A stretch of DNA of 57,938 nt, counting the filler, from Lytechinus pictus (taxonomy: Eukaryota), in the NCBI RefSeq assembly GCF_037042905.1. It is 4 parts of 3 records of this genome, joined end to end, with 100 filler letters (N's around TTAATTAATTAA, not from the genome) between each part and the next. Parts side by side here need not be neighbours in the genome. Positions count along the whole stretch, not along the records: positions 28,172 to 56,018 come from NC_087262.1; 3 more parts are not named here. One strand, written 5' to 3'. Both the position numbers and the translations under genes were made by a program. The notes under the pieces were generated by a model that was not told the origin of the DNA, ran no database searches, and saw only the letters and a program-made list of their open reading frames with translations. This document shows, in pieces, positions 38,183-50,775 of the stretch. The first letter of the stretch is position 1. Every line of letters starts with the position of its first letter.

Positions 38183-41100
38183 CTTTAAGCAAGCCACTTC
38201 TTCAGCAACGCTCAGTGCATTCAAGAAATTTATCCATCTGTGTATCCATTCATCTCACCACAATGTGGATCAATTTCTTGCTGAAGGAAAACACACAATA
38301 TGGTTGGGATTTGAACCCATGTCCCCCTGTAGGACGAGTCAGGTCCTTGAGAAACACTACACAACACCCAACTGAGGATTTAAGTGTGATGTTTTACCAG
38401 ACTTCAAATCTTTTGTGTAACACCCCTGAATTAGCTCATCTCTAATGACTTGATGGATGGATGGGCACTATTTTACCAATTATATAATAATGTATTTGTT
38501 CTAGAACTAGAGATTCAAATCTCTAATAAGACGATGATACAATGTATGATATGAAGTTTAATTATATAGCAATGAAAGCAACAGAAAACAATAAAATTAT
38601 TTACTCATACCAGGTAATGATTATCCATATTTGTAAAACAATTGTACTGTGTTAGTAATTTGGGAGGGGATTTAATCAAGTATTATTTAGCAAGAAAAGT
38701 AGAGGGACAATATTGATTAAAATGAGGAAAATGTGTGACGAAAATGATACGAGGGAGTAATATTTATCTTGTGCGACAGGGATGTGTTCAGCACCATTAC
38801 GGAACCAGGAAAAGATTAAGTCTACAAGAAAATGTGTGGTATTTGTTTTGTTCTCCATCATAATCTTATGGTAAAGATGTAAATATTCATTGTAAGATAA
38901 AATTCTGTAAGATATGCTAAATTGAAGGAAATTATTTTCCCTGTATTTTCACCTATCATTTTCTGACAAAAGTATTTGGATATATTGGTGATATCTTATG
39001 TTCTTAACATCATTTTACCCCAGTAATTCTTATTATCTGCATAATGACCCCAAATTTCATAAAGCTTGTCATCAATAACAAGTTTAAAAGCTAATAAAAT
39101 CCTGCAATTTGATTGGCCAGAGACAATTTTTTTTTTCTTTTGAGAAAATACTTTATGGAACACGGGCCAGATATATTGCAGGTGTCTAAATTTTCTAATT
39201 TTTCAGGGAAAATGAATGCTTCTTTCTTTCAATTCATTTCTAGCCTTATTGTATATATATGTAATCATTCTCAAGAAGCGTATAAGTCTATTACTTTTCA
39301 TGTTAGGATATGAGATTAATATGGTGCTCTGTTCAAAGTCATGTGTGTGATTTTGTAAACACATTTCAATTTGCCTAATTTGTTATACCCAGCCAAATGA
39401 TACAATCCATGTATGGCAAGTTCTCCTAAGTCTGCGCAGTCCCCCTTGTCTGCGCATACGCGTATCTGCGCGATTCTAGTAAAAGAAGATACACAACGAA
39501 CATAAACTTTACACATCTAATGCATAGACAGATATTAACTATAAAATCCGACTCACAATGGTGGAAAAATAATGAAATTTTGGCATTTCTTGTGACAGCC
39601 TCAAAATGCAGCCTTTCTCATCAAAATCCCAGAATCGCATGCAAAGTGAATGGGTGCGCAGACATGGGGCACCATTTTTTTTTTCAATCTGAAGAGCACA
39701 AATCCCGATTGGAAATAGTGTCAAGTAAATAATTGTAAGACGATTGCGCACATTCCAATCTGACTGCCCGAGGTTTTTTCCAAGAAAATCATATATTTCT
39801 TTAAAATTTTTATGAGATATTTGGCACACTAACTCATAATGATGTAAGGAACATTATCGACTGAAAGATTTCGTGAAATAAAAAGAAATTCATATCAAAT
39901 CTTAACTCAAATTATTAGGTGCGCAGACTTGGGGACCACCATCATACAATCTCAATTTTAAAGAGTTACCAATTATACTGAATTAGAAATGATGCAATTT
40001 TTTTTTCAATTCTGGTTCCAAATAACCTGTTGGACCTTTTTTTTAATTTCTTGAAAAACTATCACAAGGAGCTGGTTCACCCCACCCCCATCACTTGTGG
40101 TACTCCGCACTGCCATTGGTCATAAGACTGGAGTATTCACCTTTACTTCTGGAAGTAATATGTTTCATGGATATGAATACAAGTCATAATCATGAGATTA
40201 TTAGACCAATGCAGTTCAATGTTCTGTTGAATTGATATAAATCATGCATTTCAGTAATCAGTTGAAATTTCAAAGGGAAGTATTACACTACATTATAAAG
40301 TGCTGTACGATTTTACATTCAATGCCTTTCCATGAGTGAACCCACATGCCGTTTGTTTTTATTTGAAATACTCAAATTCAATATACTTGAAAATTGTCTT
40401 CCACCCACCCACCCCCCCCCCCACACACACACACACACAAACAAAATGCCCCTTTGCATGTTCTAGCTCACAGTGATAACACTAGATTGTTTTCTACCTG
40501 TATACATGTATGTGCCTTTCTATTGTAATGTAGTGTAAATTTCAAACTTGTCTGGTGCTTGACTAGATGGTGTATATTTATTATCAGATTACTGAATAAT
40601 TCTTTGTATTATCAGAGAAATTTATTTCCATTGCTTGTTCTAAAGCTTTTATCGCCGCTGTTAATTTGCCTCGAGCATTTCACTCTGTAGTAGAAGCTAT
40701 AAAGGAAGATGTGTGTACGAGCAATGAGTCTCCCTTCCTCGTGATATGTGCCATGCCTACTATGCATGAAACCATCTTTTTGTACTACAAAATGTAAATA
40801 AAAATGCTTTTACATGTACCTTCAGTTTCTGAGGTGTTTCCTTTGCATGTTTCATTTCAAGTAACCTCTACCCTAGTAATTAAATCAATACAGAATACAT
40901 AAATTTACTGATGTATTGTGTTACATGATCTTGGCTTGAAATGTGCCTTTTTCACAACTATTTTGGTAGTACACAAGTCTTACAGTTAAATATGATTAAT
41001 TTGAATATGCTGATTGAACTAAAATGATATTACATAACTATGGCAAACTAAACCTCACGACTCCAAATAAAAAAAAATGTCTACACAGGTGCAAGATAGG

Positions 41101-41626
41101 AACAATTTTACAGGAGAAAAATCAAAAGACGCGGACGGGTGATTTTGAACAAAATAACGCAAAAAAGAAATCTACTTTTTAAACCGCAACTAAGCCTGGG
41201 GACCCCAAGCAACCCAAACCAAGACCACTCCCCCCTACACTTGGTGTAGTAAAACCGAATTGTAGAGATTTTGCCATAACATTTCCCAGCTTTTCTCTTT
41301 CTCAGGCTAGAGAAAGTGATGAAATGACGCAGTGTGCTTTCACGTTCTTGAATTTCATCGCAAATAAGTAAATTGCGCTGAATCATTCAACCCCCATCTT
41401 CTCCCCCAGACTTATTAAAATAACTGAAAGTTATCCCTATAGCATGGTAACTTCGAATTGGCACACTGTGGCAACATCAGCAACTCGTTACTTCCTTGAA
41501 AAAACAAAGCAGGCAACCATTACTGCACGCAACAAACACACACACACCATGACAGCATCAACCACTTCATTACTTCCATAAAGAAGGAAGGCCCGAGTCA
41601 CTACGTTTACCTTGAATAACGTTTAA

Positions 41627-42219
41627 AGGGGAATCCAGCCTTGGCCATAAAATGTTGTGTTGGGAAGGAGAAAAATAAATTTAACAGAATGGTGAAAGTT
41701 TGAAAGAAATCGGACAAGCAATAAGAAAGTTAAAGCTGCTTTAAATTTGAGATCACTAATACATGTAGATTTCAAATTGGCAACTGGGTAAGTAAATTAT
41801 GACAAGGGGCAAGAACATCTTTCCCATAGGCCATGTACTTTATTATCAGGGATTTGTGGTTTTCTCCTAAGTACCCATTCCCCTGGGGCAGTAATGTAAA
41901 TATAACCCAGGCAGTATATTGTTTTATGTCCTCATGAAAGAAAAATATAATTTGAAATAAAACTTTTGGGAAAAATGACATTTTAGCCAAAATATGTAGT
42001 GGAGTACATGGAAGAGTAGTCCTTGCCTTACATCACTATGACATCCCATGTGGCTAATTTGAAGTCTCCATGGGTATAGTGATTACCAATAGTTACAACT
42101 TTTTAAAAATTCATAACTTTCTTGTTGTTAGTCCAATATTGTTCAAACTTTCACCTATCAACTTGTCTGATTTTCCTTTTCCTTCTTAAAACAAGTTTTT
42201 ATTTGGGTTGGATTCCCCT
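41627..42219. mobile_element. TTAA-flanked Kolobok-type MITE (third family)
   Basis: TTAA|aggggaatccagcc ... ggttggattcccct|TTAA. Confidence 0.8.
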
Positions 42220-43911
42220 TTAAAGCATGCAATTACGGGTGGTCTCCAGTTAACTTGCAGGGATGAAATAAATATCTTCACCTAAAATTGCTAGAACTCA
42301 ATATTTTGCATAATTATACAGCCATATAATGCCCACCTATTTTTCATATTTTCCTTGAAATTATCTTGATGTAGTTGGAAACTATTAAGAAATTGGAGAA
42401 TATTCCCTCAACTCTGCAACATTGATTTCAGAGGATGTCACGCTAAATCTACTGACTACAGTGGGACTAGAATGCCATATTCTTATGAAGCAAATAACGT
42501 ACAATGTCATTCTAATTAAGACTCTTAAAATATATTTTACATGTATGCCAACGGATAAGCCAATAATAATTCACTGAATCCTTAATTATGACCTTATTTA
42601 TGCTTTTGGCTTCTTTTCTTGACTTAAAATTGTATCACCTTCAAGGTGGATTCGTAGAGCATTATGGGTAAAACAAAAGTACAGTGACTTGCCACTTACT
42701 TCATCTTAATTTAAGCCGATACAGATTTTTTTTTTTCAAGTTAAGAAGAGGAGCCAAAACAATAGATACATGTAAGTTCAATATCAATGATTCACTAACT
42801 CATTCTTGGATTATCCAGTGGCATAAAATGTACTTATCAACTCGATAGGAAAGACATTGTAATTTGCTTTGCCAGAATGCATGTATGGCATTAAAGTCCC
42901 ACATAGAGAAATTGATGTTAGTAAATATAGTATGATATCAACTGAAACTGATCTTGCAGAGTTAAGAAAGGAACGATAATACATCATTTTATTGGTAGTT
43001 TCCGACTAAATCAAAACAATTTCAAGAAAATATGGAAAATAAGTGTTTATTTCATGGATGTCAAGAAGTGAATGTGAATTTCCAGCAACTTTGTGAGAGT
43101 TTTTTTCCCCCTTCCCCATAAGCTCAAAAGGTTGTCACAATTGGCTTTTAACAGTTGTTTGAATGCTTTAATTCAGCCCTAATAAAAGGCAATAATTACC
43201 CCACACACACATCGTGTTAACAGAACTAAGATTTCAATACAGAACAAACAATGTAGACAATTGATTATGAGCGTACTGTCAAGGAATCATTCCTTGTTTA
43301 TTTCTCTTACTGAACTTGACACAATAATTTTTGGAACTGTACAATGAACGTTACATCACTTGCTTCCAAATCATATGTCAGTAAAACCAACCCCGTAGGC
43401 ATAGCCAGTGTTAAGCTTGAAGATAGATGGATAACATTGTTTTGCCTACGAACAAAAGCACAAAATGTTCTGAATTTCTGCCTTCAATTTGTATTTTTGA
43501 CATCAAAATTGCAAGATAAATTAGTTGAGAGCTTGTGAATTAGTTGAAATATTTGCCAGACGTTGCAATGGCTTATGAACTGGAATATATGCAAACCAAC
43601 CCCCAATGAAATTTTAATTTCATTTGAGAAGAGTTATTTTATCAGGATGAATATGTATTGTTTAAATCTGGAGATAGAATGACATAATTCTGTATATATC
43701 AGGGATTCACCTTCCTTCAGTGACACACTGGCTTACATGATTGCATCAATCTGATAGGGTCCAGACAAGCATTCCATGAAGGGAGATGATAAAATAAAAT
43801 GCTGCCCCCAAAAGAGCCATTTTGTAAAGATCACTTATACTTGTAGCTCCCTTGTGGGCAGCAAGCCTGTGTGTCATACTGAGGATGTTAATTATGTGGG
43901 TGTTTAGACTT

Positions 43912-44082
43912 CTATGAGCTTGCGATAGAGACCTGCCAGACTCTAATGAGATTGTCAGTGTATCCAGCAAAGAGAGTTTGACCGTCAGCTGACCAGGCCA
44001 AGCTCATACATTCCGTCTTGGCGCTTGAGTTTCCGATGACCTCGGGTCGAAGCTCATCAACGGTGGACTTGGTCTCCAGATC
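43912..44082 (-). CDS. RACK1: RACK1 terminal exon
   Basis: [56 protein letters not shown]. Confidence 0.96.
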   Translation of the reverse strand, partial: DLETKSTVDELRPEVIGNSSAKTECMSLAWSADGQTLFAGYTDNLIRVWQVSIASS

Positions 44083-44247
44083 CTATATGGTACAAAGAAA
44101 CAAGAATCACGGTGTATGACAAGACCTCATCAAAGACAGTATAAAGAATTTGACATAAGCACATTCACCAGTGGACTTGTAGATAAATACATCACCATAC
44201 AGGTTAATCTGCCAAAGAATGTAAATACAATGTGTATATCATGTGAG

Positions 44248-44405
44248 TTATGTAGGTGAACGTATCACGCGCTACTACTACATGAAACTCCTGAGAACCC
44301 CAGGACATAAAGTAGTAGCATGCAGACAGACACCATTCTCTCTATGCCCATTACAGCCCCAAGACTACACAGGAACAGTAGCTTTAGGAACGCCTCAATG
44401 GGCAA
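44248..44405 (-). ncRNA. Intronic box H/ACA snoRNA (SNORA17-like), copy A
   Basis: Hairpin gcccatt..aatgggc, H box AGAGAA, hairpin ggtg..gctactac/gtagtagc..cacc, then ACA-taa; sense to RACK1; pocket GAGGCGUU is complementary to 28S AACGCCUC. Confidence 0.82.
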
Positions 44406-44848
44406 CATATCTCTTCTTTCCTTACTTGTCCCTACTGAAAATTTAAAATATAAATGTAATTCAACTAAGATTCTGTATCAAAGGTTTGTTTGCAATAGAA
44501 ACGAGACAAAGCAATGATTCCTGGATCTACAGTAAGTGAGCTCAATCAGAGTCATTTGTGTACTTAATACATGCAGGTAATATTGCCCTAGACTTAAAAA
44601 ATCACAGGTAAATAGGACTTCCATACATATACACAAATCCACAAAAGAGAGTGAGAAAGTGAAGACGCGTTGGATAGGACTGTACTATCGCATACATTTC
44701 AGAAGGAAAAAAATTTGATAGACTCAAAAGCTAAATCAAATGTGATTGCTCTCTCATCAATCAAAGCTAACTCTTTAATTGGGACTTTGATTGTTTTTTA
44801 CTTTCAAAAGGAAAGTATATTCTGGCTGAAAATAATTACACAAAAAGA

Positions 44849-45319
44849 GGGGGGGGCTTCACAAAGATATAAATGTGACTTGAAGTCATGCTCAGGTACA
44901 AACACTCTCAATAGCGTGTATCCTCCGAGTATATCTATCTCAAGCGTAGACGCATTTCATACTCCACCCAACTGGGAATTTAAAGGGAGCATAAAGTAGC
45001 AAATCGCGGCGGCCCTTTGGAGCTTGGCCCGGCTCAGGTAACTCGGGAATCTCTGTACATGTTTTCAATAGCTGCACGCATGATTTGTGTGTACTTGCCT
45101 ATGCTGATTGCACTCGACCGAACAAAGACGAACCAAGCAAGCCATCTAACAAATTATCCCACCCTCAGTGGCAATTGTGTTTGCAGCTCCAAGATCATTG
45201 TGATGTAAGGGCTTGCCGTAGGGATAAGCGAATGAAAATGATCGTACATGGATTTCGAGCAGGCGCTCCCTTGAAGTGTGACTTTCAATGACATTTAAAT
45301 CTTTGTGAAACACCACCCC
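44849..45319. mobile_element. Harbinger-like MITE
   Basis: TIRs ggg..ttcacaaagatataaatgt / acatttaaatctttgtgaaacaccacccc. Confidence 0.65.
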
Positions 45320-45362
45320 TGAACTCTATTTTTATTTTCCATTCCTCTGGAAACAGACTTAC

Positions 45363-45503
45363 CCAGATCTTGATGGTAGGTCCAGCAGCAGCACAGAGCC
45401 AGTACCTGTTGGGGCTGAAGCAGAGGGCATTGATGCCTTCTTGGGAGTCCAGGGTGTACAAGTGCTTGCCTTCATTCAGATCCCACAGCATAGACAGACC
45501 GTC
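45363..45503 (-). CDS. RACK1: RACK1 exon
   Basis: [47 protein letters not shown]. Confidence 0.97.
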
Positions 45504-46127
45504 CTGTACAGCAAGACACAAATAAAAGATGAAGTCACTACCGAGGTGGCCTCAATGATATAGTATAGGTTGACTGTTCAAATGCCAGGTTGATTACCTT
45601 TTTCTGGGCAAACAAATGCACTGACTTCCCAGGACTTCCTGAGACTACAAATGGATGAATTCAGGGACTCAATAGATTTTAAAATCAAGGAAATTTTTTT
45701 TGTTACATTTTTGTTAAAAATACATCATTAATTCAGAGATACTTTTTTTGGTAGAGCACATTCAGAAATTATTTGATTTGAGACGTCATATGCAAGCAGT
45801 ATTCCTACATAGCGAATGGTAAAAAATCAATGAAATTTCATTTTCTCAGAAAACTGAAAATGGTTTTTATCATTCCTTTTGTATATCAATAAATCATTTC
45901 ACACCCAATCATGAAAAGAAAACAAAAATAAGTCATCAGCAACCATTTAAAAAAATGAAATTCATGCATTTTATATTACCTAACATGGGGCAGCTGCTCC
46001 TTTGTGACGTCACAAATCCAAAACTTAAAATTCCAGATTTCCCTCAAAACTTCACCAATATGTTTTACTATCTTTTTTCCCTGCTATTTTACCACAAACT
46101 TTTTTTCAGGGTGAACTTCCCCTTTAA

Positions 46128-46867
46128 CCCTAACTAGGCCAGGCTTTTTTGGCTGTTCTGTGATTCAACCCCCCCCTGAGACCTCGGCCGCCGATCGCCG
46201 CAAAAATTTGCAAGCTGGTAGTGTGCGATGTAATCTACAAGGCTGTATGGTAAGATTTTCCAAAATAATGAGATTTTATTTTATATGAATTAATTATGCT
46301 AATTTATGCATAAATCGTACTTTTTGCTCTAATTCACTAAATAAAGCTCCTAGAATGCTAATTTTTGGTAAAAATATTCTCTGTAGCATTCTCAACAATG
46401 GCAATTGAAAAAAACTTCAGTTTGGAAATCAATTTCTTATGTATTTTATTGTTTTATGAATTTCTTATGTATTTCTTTGTTTTTCAACCTTTTGTTTTTC
46501 TTTGTTTTTTTCACCAGATTTATTGCACAACCATTTTGAAGCATAATTATGCTAAAATCAATTGCTTTCAGCTGTTTAAAGTAAAAATAATCATATCTTT
46601 ATGAATAAGATGAGAAAACTCAATTTGCATTGATTTTGTACACAAAATCATGTTTTGGAACAATTTTTGGTCTGACATGCACTTACAAAATGTTGCGTAA
46701 TTTTGGAAACGCGTACCCGGGCGTCGTAAATTTGGTCTCAGAAGATGTGCGAGACTTAAAAGTATAAACTCTGCGAGTGGCGCGGTCAAAAAATTTCGCG
46801 CGGCGGAATGATCGCAGAAAATGTTGAGGGGGGGGGGTTGATTCAACCCCCCCCGGCCATTTTAGGG
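46128..46867. mobile_element. piggyBac-like MITE
   Basis: TTAA|ccctaactaggcc ... ggccattttaggg; related to 29897-30424. Confidence 0.7.
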
Positions 46868-46974
46868 AAGTGAAACATCATGTTGAACATATGTTCTGCG
46901 ATTGCCACATTCTCTAATTCTCTGGGAAACTATTTCAAATTTATTTCAAGACTTGTAGTTGCAGCATTACATAC

Positions 46975-47085
46975 CTTGCCACCGGATGCACAGAGTGAAC
47001 CATCTGGGGATACAGTCACACAGTTCAAGAAGCAAGTATGTCCATAGTGGTTGGTCTTCAGACGGCAGTTGGTCAGGTTCCAGAC
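46975..47085 (-). CDS. RACK1: RACK1 exon
   Basis: [37 protein letters not shown]. Confidence 0.97.
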
Positions 47086-48018
47086 CTATATTACAATGTA
47101 CAAACTCTGGTTAATTGATACAGTTTATCATTCATACCACATCATATTAAATCATACCTACATCACAATGCAAATGGTACAAACTCTGATTAATCATAAC
47201 CCTCTTTTTAAAGCTGATTACCCTAAAACACCATGAGAGATTTGAATCCGCATGGAAAATGTCAACTACATTTAGCATTCAATGTTCATTTCATGGCGCC
47301 ACAACATAAATTTCAGAGATTGATCAAGGGGCTAAGACCGAGTGATCCTAGACAATAGGGAGATTTCGCAACCACTACACAGACACTCTCTGGAACGTGG
47401 AGAATCTATTGTCAAAAGCCCTTTATGACAAAGAAATCTTTGTCGAAAACAGGTATATCAAAACGGCAGTTTTGTCTGTGACTCTAAACACATGTTCACA
47501 TTTTTTTTCTTGAGACGATCTGCTGAAGTTCTGGTTCACCAATTTCCAACAAAGACCTCTCAGTTGTTCATTGTTATTTCAATGCATTTACTGTGTTCTA
47601 AAATCTGTCCCTGTTGCAATAGCAAATGCAATCAGGCCCCCTGATCACCGCTAAGCTTCATGTCACGGTTCCTATACCGCAAACCATGTAGGCTAAACAG
47701 TAGCTGATCAATAATTTGAAACATCCGACAAACTGATAGAAACATGCTGGAAATGTTTCGCTGAATCTGGTACAACTGAAAGTTTTGATTTCCACAACGG
47801 ATCAGTCAACCAAAACTGATACTGTATTACTAATGGTCAATATATTATTGTGATATAGGAATGAGAGAATCAGAGTTTATTTCAATTTCCTACATGGGAA
47901 TTACTAATATTATCTCCTGGTACATTATCACCCCTGGTCAAAAAACAATCCAAAATTCCAATATACATATAAATCACATAACTGAACCTTTACCAAAGAT
48001 TTAGACAGGCTTTATTAA

Positions 48019-48601
48019 AGGAGAATGAAACCCTTGAAACCAGCTGAATCCATATCAAAGAGAAAAATCAAAGAAACATATTGTTGAAAGTTTGAAGAAG
48101 ATTGAATGAATAATAAGAAAGTTATGAGCATTAGAATATTGAGATCACTAATGCCATGTAGATCCTCCCGTTGGCAATGCGACCAAGATCTGTGATGTCA
48201 CACACGTACAACTCCCCCATTACTTTGGTACTTATTTCACTTATATTCTCACTTTTATAGAGTCTATCACAAGGTGAGGTGTTCTCTTTATGAGAGGACA
48301 AGTACAGAGGTTTCACAACATTATATCATTGATGAATCGTTTATCATATGATTAGAATGAGCAAAAAGTATGTTTTGGGGTTTATTTTCAGTGTCCAAAA
48401 GGGGAGAGTTGTTCATCTGTGACATCATAGATCTTGGTCGCATTGCCAATGTGAGGATCTCCATAGCATTAGTGATCTCGACATTCAAATGCTCATAACT
48501 CTTCTATTACTAGTCCTATTTTACTCAAACTTTTGTTGATCTTATTCTTTGATTTTTCTGCTTTCACAAAAGCTAACTTGCTCCAAGAGTTTCATTCTCC
48601 T
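48019..48601 (-). mobile_element. Kolobok-type MITE, copy 3 (inverted) of the 2369-2951 family
   Basis: Reverse complement of copies 1 and 2; TTAA flanks. Confidence 0.85.
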
Positions 48602-48707
48602 TTAAAGTTACCCTCGACACATTTCACATTGAGTTTTCATAATAATTACTATGAAAGTGGTATACAAGTAGGTGACTTAATTTCCCATAGATAATTTTTT
48701 ATGAGAA

Positions 48708-48865
48708 TTATGTAGGTGAATGTATCACGCGCTACTACTACACGATACTCCCGAGGACCCCAGGACATAAAGTAGTAGCATGCAGACAGACACCATTCTC
48801 TCTATGCCCATTACAGCCCCAAGACTACACAGGAACAGTAGCTTTAGGAACGCCTCAATGGGCAC
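48708..48865 (-). ncRNA. Intronic box H/ACA snoRNA (SNORA17-like), copy B
   Basis: About five substitutions versus copy A, all in hairpin 2; similarity ends at the predicted RNA ends. Confidence 0.82.
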
Positions 48866-49211
48866 CACCCACATGATCCAATTCTTTTGGTTCATTCAGC
48901 CTACATAGAACAACCATCACTTTCCCTCCAGTTGTTCAAATTTACTCAAAATCACTACTGAATATGGTCAGCAGTGACACTTTTTCAAAGAATGACATTT
49001 TCATCCTTCCACATCCTCAAACATAAATTCTAGTTATGGTAATATCTTAGAGTTGGAACAGAATCCAATCATCTTACCATCATGGTGTTTTTACCAACAA
49101 TGATGTGCCACATGATCCTGAAAGAAAATGACCCTGAAAAGGATATTCTTCCTAAAAACAGTTCTAAAAAGACTTAATCATAAGGTAAAGAGTGAGATTG
49201 GTTAGTCTTAC

Positions 49212-49307
49212 CTTGACGACCCTGTCCCAGCCTCCAGAGACAATGATAGGGTTCGAAGCATTCGGTGAGAACCTGACGCATGATACCCAATTGGAGTGGC
49301 AGTCGTC
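49212..49307 (-). CDS. RACK1: RACK1 exon
   Basis: [32 protein letters not shown]. Confidence 0.97.
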
Positions 49308-49476
49308 CTGTAAAACCAAAATCAAACAGTGAGCTCAACTATCATACATTCTTATTAGCATCATTTTTTAAAAACTTACTGTACAATGTTAGGGGAAATT
49401 CAACAATTACATGTATCTAGCGGTTTTTACTATAAAATTGCCTAGCACACCATTGGCACAATCAAGAGTCATTTAA

Positions 49477-50139
49477 CCCTAAAAGAGCCAGGTTATTTGG
49501 ACCCTCTCACAGCCAGGGGGCCTTCGAACGCGCGAGCACCGCAAAAATTTGCTAAGTGGTAGTGTGCAATAAAATCTACAAGGCTGTAATTCTCATTTAA
49601 TGAATTAATTATGCTCATTCATGCATGAAATAAAACATTTGCTCTAATCAATTATCATACGGCCTCAAAACTGCTAAGTTTTTATTCAGATTCTTTGTAG
49701 GATCTCGATCGTATGTTTAAAAAAAAATTGGTATCGCAATTTTTTTCTTATTTTATTGTTTTTAAAATTTCTTATGTATTTCTTTGTTTTTTGACTTTTT
49801 GTTAGTGTTTTTTTAATGGAAATTGTTGCAGACTTAATTCTGACCATAAACAAGACAAACTATTAATCAGTAAACAAAGAAATGATACATTTATGAATTT
49901 TGGCTAAATACACAATTTGCATTGGATTTGTACATAAATTCATGTTTTTGAGCAGTTTTTGGTCTGACATGCACTTACATAATGTTGCGTAATTTTGTAA
50001 CTGCGTACCCGGGCACCGCAAATTTGGTCTCAAAAGTTGTGCGAGATATGAAAGTAAAAAGTCAGCGAGCAGGGCGGTTTAAAAATTTCACGCGGCAGAT
50101 TTACCGTGAAAAATGTAGGCCCCCCCGGGCCTTTTAGGG
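49477..50139. mobile_element. piggyBac-like MITE
   Basis: TTAA|ccctaaaagagcc ... gggccttttaggg|ttta. Confidence 0.7.
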
Positions 50140-50627
50140 TTTATCATTCCCAGCAACTAACGCCTCTAAAAGCAGATATGCATACACAATCTGACCGTGG
50201 TCTTATAGGATGCCTGACAAAGCAAATTTGATTGATGCAAAGTAGATTGCACACATACAGCCTCATTGATCGTATAATGTGGGTGACTAGAATTGCTTGT
50301 CTCTAGTGCTCGTACATGTAGCTGAAAGATGGTTGTAATGATTGGAGTAACCTTGTTCATCCAGTACATTCCATGGTAATTTAAAAAAAACTCTACATTT
50401 ATGAGGTACTTCGGTTACTTTGCGAGTGCTGATAATGTAAGTGCATAAAATGATTTCTCCATGGATATCTATGGATATTAGAAGTCTTTTGTGACATGAG
50501 CTAACTACAAACTGGGGCATGTTTCACAAAGAGTTCAGTGGGACTTTCTGTCATGCTAAAATGCTGATTATTTACTCTCGTAAGTGTTTATGACACACCC
50601 ACCAGATTATTTGAAAGCTGGACTTAC

Positions 50628-50775
50628 CTGGATGGTGTACTTGCACACTCCAAGGGTATTCCAGAGCTTGATGGTGCGATCCCTAGAACCGGATACAATC
50701 TGACGATTGTCAGCAGAGAAGGCAACACTCAGGACATCCTTGGTGTGACCATTAAACGTACGGGTGGTCTTGCCA
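50628..50775 (-). CDS. RACK1: RACK1 exon
   Basis: [49 protein letters not shown]. Confidence 0.97.
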
